Positions 40,055 to 52,315 of a stretch of DNA of 64,000 nucleotides are shown here, one piece after another. Source of the DNA: Octopus sinensis (lineage: Eukaryota). Under the pieces are notes generated by a model. That model searched no databases. It had not been told where the DNA came from and was given only the letters and a program-made list of their open reading frames with translations. Made by a program: the position numbers and the translations under genes. Position 1 is the stretch's first letter, and every line of letters begins with the position of its first letter. Location of the stretch: NCBI RefSeq assembly GCF_006345805.1, contig NC_043015.1, positions 30,876,001 to 30,940,000 on the forward strand, given 5' to 3'.

Positions 40055-41616
40055 TCATACATGTATACGGACATTAATACATGTATATATACATGTATAC
40101 ATATGAATCTTGATGTTGTATTTGTTGGCATATGAAGCATAGTGGATCTGATGTTGACATTTCTAATTGACCTTATGATCAGCAGCTCTGCACTTTCAAA
40201 GATCTGTGGTGTAAAAAAAAAAATCCAGTACTTGAAAAACGGGTGAAGGTTGGCAACAGGAAGAATATTTGGTCACAGAACCTAGTCTCAAAATCAATTT
40301 CCTGCTCAGATTCATTAGTGGTAATTGGTAAGGTGTTTTAGTGGCAGTAGTTATGTTGTTTAATGAGAAAGTAGTGGGTGAGCTGTATCCATGACCATTG
40401 AAGGACCGCTTAGATAGTTTGTGTGTTTTATGTTTGTTGGGAAAAGATGAATAGGGACTAGGAGAAGGTTTCGGTGAGGGTACAATTCTGAGGTGGAAGG
40501 AATTTACTTTTAGTTCTGTCTTGAGTTTGAATCTTACCGAAGTTTTCATTTGCCCAATGCTGATAAAATATGTACCAGTAATATATTGAGATTCACTCTC
40601 TATTCTTTTGGATTTCAGTTCTTGTTGAAATTCCCCCATTGCATGTGGTGTACCATGCAGTTGGTTGTTCAGTAGAGCTTATGGAAGTAATTATAATGTC
40701 TCTGTGGGAAGAGGGGGGGGGGTGCTTGGTGAATTGATTCCATCGACCTCGTCTTTTTCTTTCTTTTCTCTTACTGTCTCCATTTCCTCCTCCGTGGAAC
40801 AAATCAATATCAGTAATCTGTTTAAATACCCAATGTCATAAATCAAACTTATCACTACGGTGACAGCGGTATTGTTGTCGTCATCACCACTGCCACTATC
40901 ATCATCATCATCCTCACCACCACCACCTTTATCACTACGACACCATCATCATCAATGTTGTCATTGTTTCACCACCACCACCACCACCACCATCACCCTT
41001 GCTGTCATCATCATCACTGTCATTGTTGTCGTCATCACCACTGCCACCACCACCATTATCACTATGACACCATCATCATCAATATTGTCATTGTTTCACC
41101 ACCACCACCACCTCCATCATCACCATCATCGTTGTCATCATCATCATCACTGTCATTGTTGTTGTCATCATCATTGTCTTCATTGTCATCAGTTGCTTAT
41201 CCAAACTGTTCTAGTCTTAAAAACCTTAATCATCCAACTTAGTAATCAGGAGTTTGGGCTAACAATCATAAGTTCAGGGGTTCAATTCTAGAACCTGGCT
41301 GTGCAATGTGCCCCCGAACAAGGCATTTCATTTCATGTTGTCCCAGTCTACTTGGCTGATATAGTGCACCTACCCAATAATGCTGGTGCAGTCCTTTCTC
41401 TTTCCAACTGTCACACATCCTTGATGTTCCACTGAATCAAAGGCTAGAAGAGGCCGAGAGGGTGTCTATGTTTGTCTGTTCATGACCACAAAGACACCTA
41501 AAACATTTAATGAAAACATGGGTTCATCCTACCAAGTTATGCCTCCATGTGAATGATAGCTTTGGAATTTTTACAGATCTGTATGGGAAAAAAAATTCTC
41601 TTTTGATTTTATGTCT

Positions 41617-41870
41617 AGTGAAGGCACATGGCTTAGTGGTTAGGGCATTCAGCTCATGATCATAAGGTCATGAGTTCAATTCACAGCAGCACATTGTGTC
41701 CTTGAGCAAGGCACTACTTTTTGCATTGCTCCAGTTCACTCAGCTGGCAAAAATGAGTAGTACCAGTATTTCAAAGAGCCACCCTTATTGCATTCTATGC
41801 TATAGTGAATGTCATTGAGAACTACGTGTGTCTGTGGAGTGCTCCATCACTTGCTTGCTAATTTCATGAG
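41617..41870 (+). mobile_element. third tRNA-derived SINE family (GAAGGCGCATGGCT head, CTTGAGCAAG core)
   Basis: A/B-box-like head and TTGCTCCAGTTCACTCAGCTG; related copies at about 10179-10297 and 51932-52150. Confidence 0.7.
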
Positions 41871-44363
41871 CAGGCTGTTCTATTGATCAGATCAGCTAGA
41901 ACCCTCGATGTCATAAATGGCAGAGTGCCAGTTTTTTTGTTTTTTTTTTATAAATAAGTCTGAAATTGCTATTGCTTGTGTGAAAAAAAAAAACAGTTAA
42001 TGCAAATCCCCTTCAATATATCCTATTTGACACATTTGTTTATAGACAGATGTTGTAAGTTATGTTATAGAATCTTTTCACAATAACCCCCTCTGAGTCA
42101 CTACAGGGTATCGAATATCTGGTACTGGGTCATTTTTCACATTTTACACACACAAACACAGACAGGGTTTTAGTTTATTCAAAATGGAATATATTTTGTG
42201 TTAGCATGGGTTTGGACAGAGGATTGAGGCAGGATTTTAGGTGCAGACTGTGTGCTTAAGAAGTTTGCTTCCCATCCACATCACTTCAGATTCAGTCCCC
42301 TCACTGTATGGCACCTTGGGCAAGTGTCTTTAACTATAACCCCAACCAAAGACCTTTGATTGACAGAAGCTAAAAGAAGCCTGCCGTGTGTGTGTGTTTT
42401 TTTATATATCATCATCATCATTTAATGTCTGTTTTCCATGTTGTGATGAATACTCATATTCATCGCAACTGTCCAATGAAAGGGAAAGTGTAAAACTTTG
42501 AGTAACAGTTCTGTGATAATTTTGCAGCTTTAATAAATTGTGTGTGTGTTAGCGCATGCACAGATATGCACATTTGTATATCACAGCTTAGGTAAGTTCA
42601 ACACGAACTAATCATATGGTTATCTCTTCAACTTTACATATCTATAATTTTGTTAATTTTGCATCCGTTTTTCTTCCATGCTAGCTTGGATTAGACATTA
42701 CACGAATATATTATACATTTATACACACATACACCAGCTAATTCTGTGTATGCCTACACACACACACACGTGCACATGCACACCTTAACATTACTTTTGA
42801 AATCAAACTGACTGACTCACACTACAGGGAAAAATCTGCAGTTTCGTTTGTTGTATGCAGCTCGATGTTAGCATCTGGCTAGAAGCTACAGAAATGCAGC
42901 CTACTTGCACAGCTGCAACCAAACCATCCCACCACTGCCACTATGGCCTATACCACCTTACACGTTCCTCCCACCCCCCGTCTATTGGCCAGTACTCTAT
43001 TTTTACATTTGCACTATTTCTGTGCATCCTTCTTGCTGTTGTACTTTACAAAGGAATGCATTGGAATTGCAAGCTGCATATATATTCATTGTGCTGCAAA
43101 GATGCATCTTGCAATAACCTCCTCCTCCTCCCAGCATCCTGACCTCCCCCTCTCACCCCCACCTACTCCAGTCTGTCTTTTGCCAATGAATGCATATTTC
43201 TATATGTGGATTTCTTATTGATCTTGTCGTCCTGTGTTTTGATTGTCAATTCAAGTCTGACTCTTTGCTCAATAATGGCCAGGCTTAATGTAACTCTGCT
43301 GCGGTCTCAGTCATACATTCCTCGACAGTGGCACATAGGAACCGATATCTTCCGAAAAAAGAAGAAACGCCATGTATTCTTCCCAACTTTGTATTTTTGG
43401 GGTTCAGTCCCACTGCATGGCACCTTGGGCAAGTGCCTTTTAACTATAGCCCTAGGCTCACCAAAGCCTTGCGAGTGGATTTGGTTGTTTGGTGGATGAA
43501 AAACTGAAAGAAGCCTGTCATATATATATAATCATTTAATGTTCCTTTTTCCACACTGGTATGTGTTGGATGTGTGTGTGTGTGTGTGTTTATGCCCCCA
43601 CCACCCCTTGACAACCAGTGTTGGTTTGTTTACATCCCCATAACTTAGCAGTTCAGCTGAAGAGATCGATAAAATGAGTACAGGCTTTAAAAACATAAGT
43701 CCTGGGGTTTTAACTAAATCCTTCAAAGTTAATGCTCCAGCTTGGCCACAGTCCTACAACTCCGTGCTTTGACTCCTCCTTTCCCACTCCTCACCCCACA
43801 TAACATTTTTGGTGATGCTGGTGGTGGTGTGGACGATGGGTTCTTGGTTGTATTTACGATGATGGCAGCTGGATATTTTTGTAAATCAATTTCTCTTTGA
43901 AATAGTAAACCATTTCTCAGAAATAACAACAAATTAGAATTCACTTTTGTCTTCCAACCACAGTATTGGTTCCTAAACATTAACCAGGAATCCATAAATT
44001 TGTACGTAAATCATATGAGAACAAAACTTTACTTGTTTCACTCATTTTTGTATAACTTGTTACCCCACCCTAAAAAGAAAAAAATTCCTTTCAAATCTTA
44101 CAAGTCATTGTAATTGCTGATCTTAAAGTAAAATGCAGGGTTTCCTTTCCATCATAATTCTTTTACTTCAACCATTTCGCTGTGGCCATGCTGGAGCATT
44201 GCCTTAAAGGGTTTTAATCGAAGAAATCAATCCGAGAACTTATTCTTTGTAAGCCTAGTACTTATTCTATCAGTCTCTTTTGCTGAACTGCTAAGTTACG
44301 GGGGATGTCAAGTGATGGTGGGGGAGGACAAACACAGACACACCCACATAAATATATACATCC

Positions 44364-44395
<32 letters not shown>

Positions 44396-45256
44396 ACACA
44401 CATACATATATATGATGGGCTTCTTTCAGTTTCTGTCTACCAAATCTACTCACGAGGCTTTGGTCAGCCTGAGGCTATAGTAGAAGACACTTGTCCAAGG
44501 TGCCATGCAGTGAGACTGAACCTAGGGCCATGTGGCTGGGAAGCAAACTTCTGTACCACAGTGCCACAGTGCCACACTGAATATATTACAAGTGAGAGTT
44601 GTCCACCTATCATGCAGTTGAAATACTCTCGTGAGTAAAATCTTTGCCTGAGACTGACTTACATTTTAATATCTGACTGAGTTGTGATGCATTCGAGTAC
44701 CTGGTGACTTGTTTCTTTCTTTCTTTTATTTTTTTTGGTGTGGAAGTGTGAGTGAGAAAAATATCTATAATTGATCAGCCGAAATAATTGGAATCTGTGT
44801 GTGTGTGTGTGTGTGTGCATTCTCACGTGCTTGTATTCGTTCATCTGCGACTAAACCTTCAGTTTCAAATGAATAAGCTCTACTAAATGTATTGTATACT
44901 TTTTCTCTAATTTGTACATCCAAACAGACACACACACACATGATGAATGATAGAATGGAAGAGGGCTGTTAGTGGGTTACACTCATAATCATCGTTACCA
45001 TTATAAATTATTAGCGTTTTGTCTGATTAACCAACCACTGGCAGCTCCATCCATCTGTTCCCCTCAAGGCCATATGTTAAAACTATATTTTGTTTGTTTT
45101 GACAAATTTGCTTTGTTATTAGGGAGAGGGTGAGTGGTGGGGAGTAAGAGATCGATTGAATGTGTGTACGAAACCATCAGGTACCAATACGTATCTTAAC
45201 GACTACGATCGAAGAAGTACCGTTGTTCAGAGATCTCGTTATATTACATGTGAGAT

Positions 45257-45649
45257 TACTCTTTACTCTTTTACTTGTTTCAGTCATTTGACTGCGGCCA
45301 TGCTGGAGCACCGCCTTTAGTCGAGCAAATCGACCCCGAGACATTCTTTGTAAGCTCAGTACTTATTCTATCGGTCTCTTTTGCCGAACCGCTAAATGAC
45401 GGGGACATAAACACACCAGCATCGGTTGTCAAGCAATGCTAGGGGGACAAACACAGACACACACACACATATATATATATACATATATACGACAGGCTTC
45501 TTTCAGTTTCCGTCTACCAAATCCACTCACAAGGCATTGGTCGGCCCGGGGCTATAGCAGAAGACACTTGCCCAAGATGCTATGCAGTGGGACTGAACCC
45601 GGAACCATGTGGTTGGTTAGCAAGCTACTTACCACACAGCCACTCCTGC
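45257..45649 (-). mobile_element. tRNA-derived CORE-type SINE
   Basis: Same family. Other copies at about 17842-18212 (+), 21307-21682 (-), 31813-32183 (-), 32298-32679 (+), 43375-43750 (+), 44140-44560 (-), 45915-46330 (-), 47377-47790 (-), 51220-51599 (-), 59645-60025 (+), 60340-61032 (-, nested), 62755-63070 (+). Confidence 0.88.
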
Positions 45650-45661
45650 AGATATATCATC

Positions 45662-45792
45662 ATCATTATTTACATTCAACGGATATTTGTCCTCATCTTG
45701 TTTGTTGTTAACACAACGTTTCGGCTGATATACCCTCCAGCCGTCATCAGGTGTCTTGGGGAAATTTCGAACCTGGGTTCCCATTCCTAAAG
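45662..45792 (-). mobile_element. 5'-truncated copy of the hammerhead-bearing element
   Basis: Reverse complement matches about 17548-17670; lacks the tRNA head. Confidence 0.75.
45710..45755 (-). ncRNA. minimal type I hammerhead ribozyme motif, intact core, in a Penelope-type terminal repeat fragment
   Basis: Minus strand reads GACAC-CUGAUGA-C-GGCUG-GAGGGUAUAU-CAGCC-GAAA-CGUU-GUGUU: stem I GACAC/GUGUU, 5-bp stem II, palindromic ACGU stem III, GUU cleavage triplet. Confidence 0.7.
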
Positions 45793-48700
45793 TCTTAAGC
45801 AAAATTTGAAATCTTTAAAACGAGAGATTTTGTATTGGAAGCAAAGGTTATCTCAGGCGGGTTGGAATAAAGATGGTTAGCAATATTCTTTTTTGTTTTC
45901 AAATCTTTTATCATTTACTTGTTTCAATTATTGGACTATGGCCATGCTGGAGCACTGCATTGAAGGGTTTTAGTTAAACAAATTGACCCCAGTACTTTTT
46001 TTTAAAGCCGGATACCTATTTTATCGTTTTCATTTGCTGAATTGCTAAGTTACTTGGAAGTAAAGAAATGAACATCTGTTGCCAAGTGGTGGGGGCAAAC
46101 ACACACACACAGACGCACTCATACACAGATGTACACACACACAGATATGTACATAGGCAGGCGTAGACACACACATGATAGACTTCCACACATTTTCCAT
46201 CTACCACTTTCACTCACAGGACATTAGTTGACTTGGGTCTATAATAGAAACACTTGCCTAAGGTGTGATGCACTGAGACTGAACCTGAAACCATGTAGTT
46301 TCAGAGCAAGCTTCTCAACCATACAACCCTCTCTGCACCTGAACAAATGTCAAGACATCTTGTTTATCCGGTCATGTCATGTTGTGGCATCTCACTTTTC
46401 AATGATGGAAAGAAGATTTATTAAGGATATTGAACACAGTTCTTCAGTTCTTTTCTCTTGTGTGTTCTCACATTGCTTACAATGTCCATTCAGTATTTTA
46501 TCAAGAGAAGCTAAAAGAAAGGTCTGTTTGCTAACAGAAATACTGTCTGTCTTCTTTTCATATTTTACGCTGCTGGTAAAAATATTTGTAAATCATGTAT
46601 GTACCTTCATAAACTGTTCAAAGTGAAAGTATTTTTTTGAAGTCTGTGTTGCATTGTCTATGTTGACAGACATACAGAAACACACACAACCAAAAAAAAA
46701 AAACTTTCTTTTGAAGTTTGTTGCGTTGTGTTGACAGACTTGCACCTAAAATTCCTGTGTTTGTAATCAAAACTTAGTTACTAAGGCGACAATACTAGCT
46801 GTTTATCTTTCACACTCTCTTTCATTGTATTTCTGTCTCAACAATAACTTCTCCTCCTCCCTTTCCCTCTCCCTACACAGATGTTGTTACAGGCAAATGG
46901 AGATCAGCTCTTTTATGATATAAGATTTGTATTAACTCTTGACTATTATCCTGTTACACTTTCCCGTCTGTCTGGATCTTTACTTACATTTCCTCCTTAA
47001 TTTTAAATTTAGAAACAACACCATTGAAATACTGATTTCACTTTTACAAATGCTTGGTCATATTACATGGCATTTGTTCAAAACTCAAGTGGAATGAACA
47101 CTTGGGCTGGAAATAACTTTTTACTGAGATATCATCACTAATGTAAGCAGGTATTAATTAACTGATTTTCTCAATAAATTGGCACTGGTATGACTTGAAA
47201 TTAATAAGTCTACTTCTTAACTACATGGTTTTGTGTTCAGTCCCATTGCATGGTACCTGTGACTGGTATCTTTTACTATAGCTTCAGGCTGACCAAAGCC
47301 TTGTGAGTGGATTTGGAAGACAGAAACTGAAAGAAGCCCATCGTGTGTGTATTTCCTTGTCTTGAAATCACATGGTTACTCTCTCTTTTACTTGTTTCAG
47401 TCATTTGACTGCAGCCATGCTGGAGCACTGCCTTTAGTCGAGCAAATCGACCCCAGGACTTATTCTTTGTAAGCCCAGTACTTATTCTATCGGTCTCTTT
47501 TGTCGAACCGCTAAGTGATGGGGACGTAAACACACCAGCATCGGTTGTCAAGCAATGCTAGGGGGACAAACACAGACACACAACCCCCCCCCACACATAT
47601 ATATATATATATATATATACATATATACACAGGCTTCTTTCAGTTTCCGTCTACCAAATCCACTCACAATGCTTTGGTCGGCCCAAGGCTATAGTAGAAG
47701 ACACTTGGCCAAGGTGCCACGCAGTGGGACTGAACCCGGAACCATGTGGTTGGTTAGCAAGCTACTTACCACACAGCCACTCCTGCGCCTTGTTGTAAAT
47801 ATATGTCATTCATTTCCAACAGTCAGTGAAAACATCTCTGACTCTGGGGAAATATTACCTTGCTTGGAAATAGGTAAAGATTTAGTGGCAGGAAGGGCAT
47901 TCAGCCACAGAATATCTACCTCAATAAACACCACCCAGCCCGTGCAAGCGGATAAAAGTAGATGTTAAAAATAATGATGTACAGTATTCATATCATCCGA
48001 TTGTATAGTGTCTTGGACTGTGTTATCTCGTATATCCTTCCTAAGATGGTTGGGTGTGATTTAAAGGAAGATTAGCTTCTATTTTGAGCAGGCCAGGCAA
48101 CTAATTAGACACATGGTATAAGACACACCCAACCATCTTAGGAAGGATCAGCTGTGAGGATTGAAAAGGAGCAGAGTAACTCACACATGGCATATCTGAT
48201 AAAATTAAGAGAGTTTAAGACTTTTTATGGCAAAGAAAGAAAAAATTATATTGGTCAAATTTTATTTTTGTTTACTCATTAGTAAAGATGAGGGATGGGG
48301 TGGAATTATACATTTGGAGGGTGGGGTAGGAGCAAGATTTCATGTTTGGAGTGTGATGGTGTGCTGATATTTAACAATTTGAGAAGCACTGCGTCTGTTC
48401 ACAGGGTTGTTGTCTTCATTGCTTAACCTCAGGACAATACTGATCAAACAAACCTTGGGCTTTGGCTTGGCTTCAGACTCTTGCTTTAGGGGGCTGGGAT
48501 CAATCCAAGTTAGTGGTCCCAGAGGTATCATACATAGAGCCAACCAGGCTCCACCTGTGTACTTCATCACTGACAGTCCCATGCCAGCCCCTCTGCATCC
48601 TCCGAGCAGCAATCTGGTGCAGGGCCTGCCACTAGGCTCCTTTCAGCCCACAGCTGCTGTGTCAAATGAGAGTAAAGCTCTGACAGGATGATCTGGTGGG

Positions 48701-49736
48701 AGACACAAATCTTTGAATAGTAATATTACTGACCTGGCCATTCCAGCTGTTATTTCAGGCATAGCATATCTAGGACTACATCAACAAATGCTTTTCATTT
48801 AAAAAAAAAAAAAAAAAGGTGGAATTTGAATGAGATTTTGACTTGTTTCTAGCAAATTACTCAACCACATCAAGACACCCTTCATTGCAATGTGATCTTT
48901 TGTGCAAGGAAATAAGTACCAGATCTTGTGGGAATGTTAGCACACAATCCCACAGGAGATTCATATCTCATCTGTGTAAAACTACAAAATACAGAACAAA
49001 AACACTGGTTTCCCCGATACCCCATGGTGGGGGGTATCATAACATTATTCCATTACATGTCATATATTTTTTTAATATTTCTTGAATTAGCAGATGGTTT
49101 AAGCTGAGATATGTTCTTTCACTTCCACTCCACTTCACCCCTCCTTCCTCTCTAATATATTACTACCATGACCACCACAGCCACTATTACGGCAACAATA
49201 ACAACCACTACCACCAGCACCATCACTACCATCTCCAAGATTATGAGCACCACACCCTCCACTTTCATCACCACCACAACCGCCGTCTCCACCAAGGTCC
49301 CCACCCCTACAGCCATCACCATCATATCTGCCACCCCTTCACGTGACCATCACAGCTGCCACACATTAGGAACCTCTAATTTCTAAGAGTTCCTCTCTTG
49401 ACTCCAACAAGTTTACTCTAATTAATGTTAGTTACGTATATAAGTTAATGAAGTACTTTTAGATTACTCATGCCAGTTATAGTCAACGTAGATGTTTTAG
49501 TCAGTGGTGAAGATAATGATGGCAGTAGTAGTGATGCTGAGGGTGGTATGGTGTTGATGGGGAGGTGGTGAGGATGGTGGTAGTGATGAAGGACAATAAT
49601 GATGATGGCTTATAGTTCTTTAAGCATTATGGTTATTAGTCACTTGGAGTGTTTGGAAACATACAATGTCAGAGCAACTTGACTTGAGTTTCATGTTACC
49701 CTGTTCTGAGTTCAAACCCTAACTGGGTGTTTTTAT

Positions 49737-49767
<31 letters not shown>

Positions 49768-49769
<2 letters not shown>

Positions 49770-50334
49770 GGGGCCACGGGTTATGGCCCGGCAAGACTAG
49801 TCAGGCCATAACCCGTGGCCCCTACCTGGGACGTAGTCAGTCCACCTGTGCATACCTTCCTTCTTGTGACACTTGTGAAGACTTGTTGAGGCAAGTGAAA
49901 ATCAAACCAAATCAAAATAGATGAACATCAATAGAATTTGTATCTTTGTGGTACCAGTGCCGGTGGCACATAAGAAAACCATCCGAACGTGGCCGTAGCC
50001 AGTACCGCATCGACTGGCCTCCGTGCTGTGGGCACGTAACAAACACCATCCGATCGTGGCCGTTCGCCAGCCTCGTCTGGCACCTGTGTCGGTGGCACAT
50101 AAAAAACACCATCCGAGCATGGCCATTTGCCAGCCTCGTCTGGCACCTGTGTCGGTGGCACATAAAATCACCCACTACACTCTCGGAGTGGTTGGCATTA
50201 GGAAGGGCATCCAGCTGTAGAAACACTGCCAGATCCGACTGGCCTGGTGCAGCCTTTGGGCTTCTCAGACCCCAGTTGAACCGTCCAACCCATGCTAGCA
50301 TGGAAAGCGGACGTTAAATGATGATGATGATGAT
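49768..50334 (+). mobile_element. longest RTE-tailed (GAT)n element, with a 5' extension and internal GTGCCGGTGGCAC subrepeats
   Basis: Several GTG(C/T)CGGTGGCAC...AAAA subrepeats before the conserved tail; 21-bp inverted repeat at the 5' end. Confidence 0.8.
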
Positions 50335-50621
50335 GAAAATGCATTATAATTGAAAGGCTCTGATTTCCTGTAGTCGGAGTTACTGGTTTGTTCTGATCAA
50401 CTGCTGGTAAACTGAGTCTGCTTAGATATTTTATCTGTTTTATGTTCAACCCAGCCAGATCAGACCTCTCACACTTACCCCACAATGTCTGTCATTCTAA
50501 AAATTCCACAATCACATTATAAAGCTCCCAAAGCTACAAGATAATGCATGATTAATTCAAAACAATGTGAATAAATAAGCTTTACATTTGACTGAAAAAT
50601 TTGAATGCTAAAGGGTTAAAG

Positions 50622-50840
50622 CAGTACTTTTCAAACTTTTTGCTGGAGCGGAACCCCAAGGAAACATTCCACTGGCTCGAGGAACCCCTGTGCAATAATT
50701 TAATAGTCTTATGCACACATATCTGCACAGGAAAATTGAAAATTACTGCTGACTTTAGCAGTTTTGTAACTTCTTGCGGAACCCCTGGACTGGACTGGCG
50801 GAACACTAAGGTTCCGCGGAACCCTGGTTGAAAACCACTG
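50622..50840. mobile_element. hAT/Charlie-type MITE
   Basis: Termini CAGTACTTTTCAAAC...GTTGAAAACCACTG; perfect 8-bp target-site duplication GGTTAAAG (50614-50621 and 50841-50848). Confidence 0.9.
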
Positions 50841-52315
50841 GGTTAAAGAATACTTGTATTTGATTACATGTAATAGTGCTGGTGGTGGTGGTTTTCAACT
50901 TTAAAATCTAATTTACTCTGATTTAATAATAAGAATTTAAAAAAAAAATTTTCTCTTACATTTTGTTTTTCAGAAATTGTTCTATGCTGGAACTTTCTAT
51001 GAGAGGCAATGTCTTCCCCGCTGTTTATACATTTAGTAAGACTGGTGTCAAAGCGCAGTCGTCCAATGTTCATCCCAGCCACTCCTGCTGCACAATGTTG
51101 GATCCATTGTTATTCAGTTCGACACAACTGGTACAAGAATCAGTTGGATGTATTTCATAAGGATAGCCTCACGCATCAGCCTCCTGGGAAGAAGACAAAC
51201 GAAAAGGTACATCTATATATACTCTTTTACTTGTTTCAGTCATTTGACTGCGACCATGCTGGAGCACCGCCTTTAGTCGAGCAACTCGACCCCGGGACTT
51301 ATTCTTTTTGTAAGCCCAGTCTCTATTGGTCTCTTTTTGCCGAACTGCTAAGTGATGGGGATGTAAACACACCAGCATCGGTTGTCAAGCAATGCTAGGG
51401 GGACGAACACACACACACATACATATATATATACGACAGGCTTCTTTCAGTTTCCGTCTACCAAATCCACTCACAAGGCATTGGTCGGCCCGGGGCTTTA
51501 GCAGAAGACACTTGCCCAAGATGCTACGCAGTGGGACTTTAGAACCGGAACCATGTGGTTGGTTAGCAAGCTACTTACCACACAGCCACTCCTGCGCCTA
51601 TATATATATTACTATACGTCTTCTATGATTTTGTTTCTGCTCCTCTTTGTTTTAAGATGTTTGAGGTATACTCTACTGTTACTCACTGCCTTGTTTCATT
51701 GGTTTATAGCTCTATGTGTGCTTTGGGTGTGTGTGTAGTCCCTATTAATTCTATAAGGTGTGGCTGTGTGGTTAAGAAGCTCACTTCTCAATCACATGGT
51801 TCCAGGATCAGTCTCACTGTGTAGCAACTTGAGCCACTAGGCCGGCCAAGGCCTTGTGGGAGTGGATTTCGTTCACAAAAACTGAAAGAAGCTCGTGTAT
51901 GTGTGTGCGTGCGTACGCATGCGTGTTTGTGTGAAGGCACATTGTTCAGTGGTTAGAGTGTCAGGCTCTCAATCATGAGGTAGTTAGTTCAATTCCTGGA
52001 CCGGGCTGTGTGTTGTGTTCTTGAACAAGACACTTTATTTCACGTTGCTCCAGTTCACTCAGCTGTAGAATTGAGTTGCGATGTCACTGGTGCCAAGCTG
52101 TATCGGCCTTTGCCTTTCCCTTGGATAACATCAGTGGTATGGACGGGGGAGGTTGGTCTGTAAAGGCAGACAAAATGCTGCTGAGCATTTTGTCCAGCAT
52201 GCCAAGGGTTCTACCAGCTAGCCACCTTTTTATGTGTCTAAATTAAAACCATAATGTTACTTTTATGTGTCTTTTGTTTTAATTTACTATTCTTTTATAA
52301 ATATTTATATTTTAG

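Noticed and set aside
49946-50165. Regularly spaced GTGCCGGTGGCAC repeats resembling a CRISPR array
   Set aside because: They are internal subrepeats of the RTE-tailed element; the spacers are mutually similar and the context is eukaryotic.
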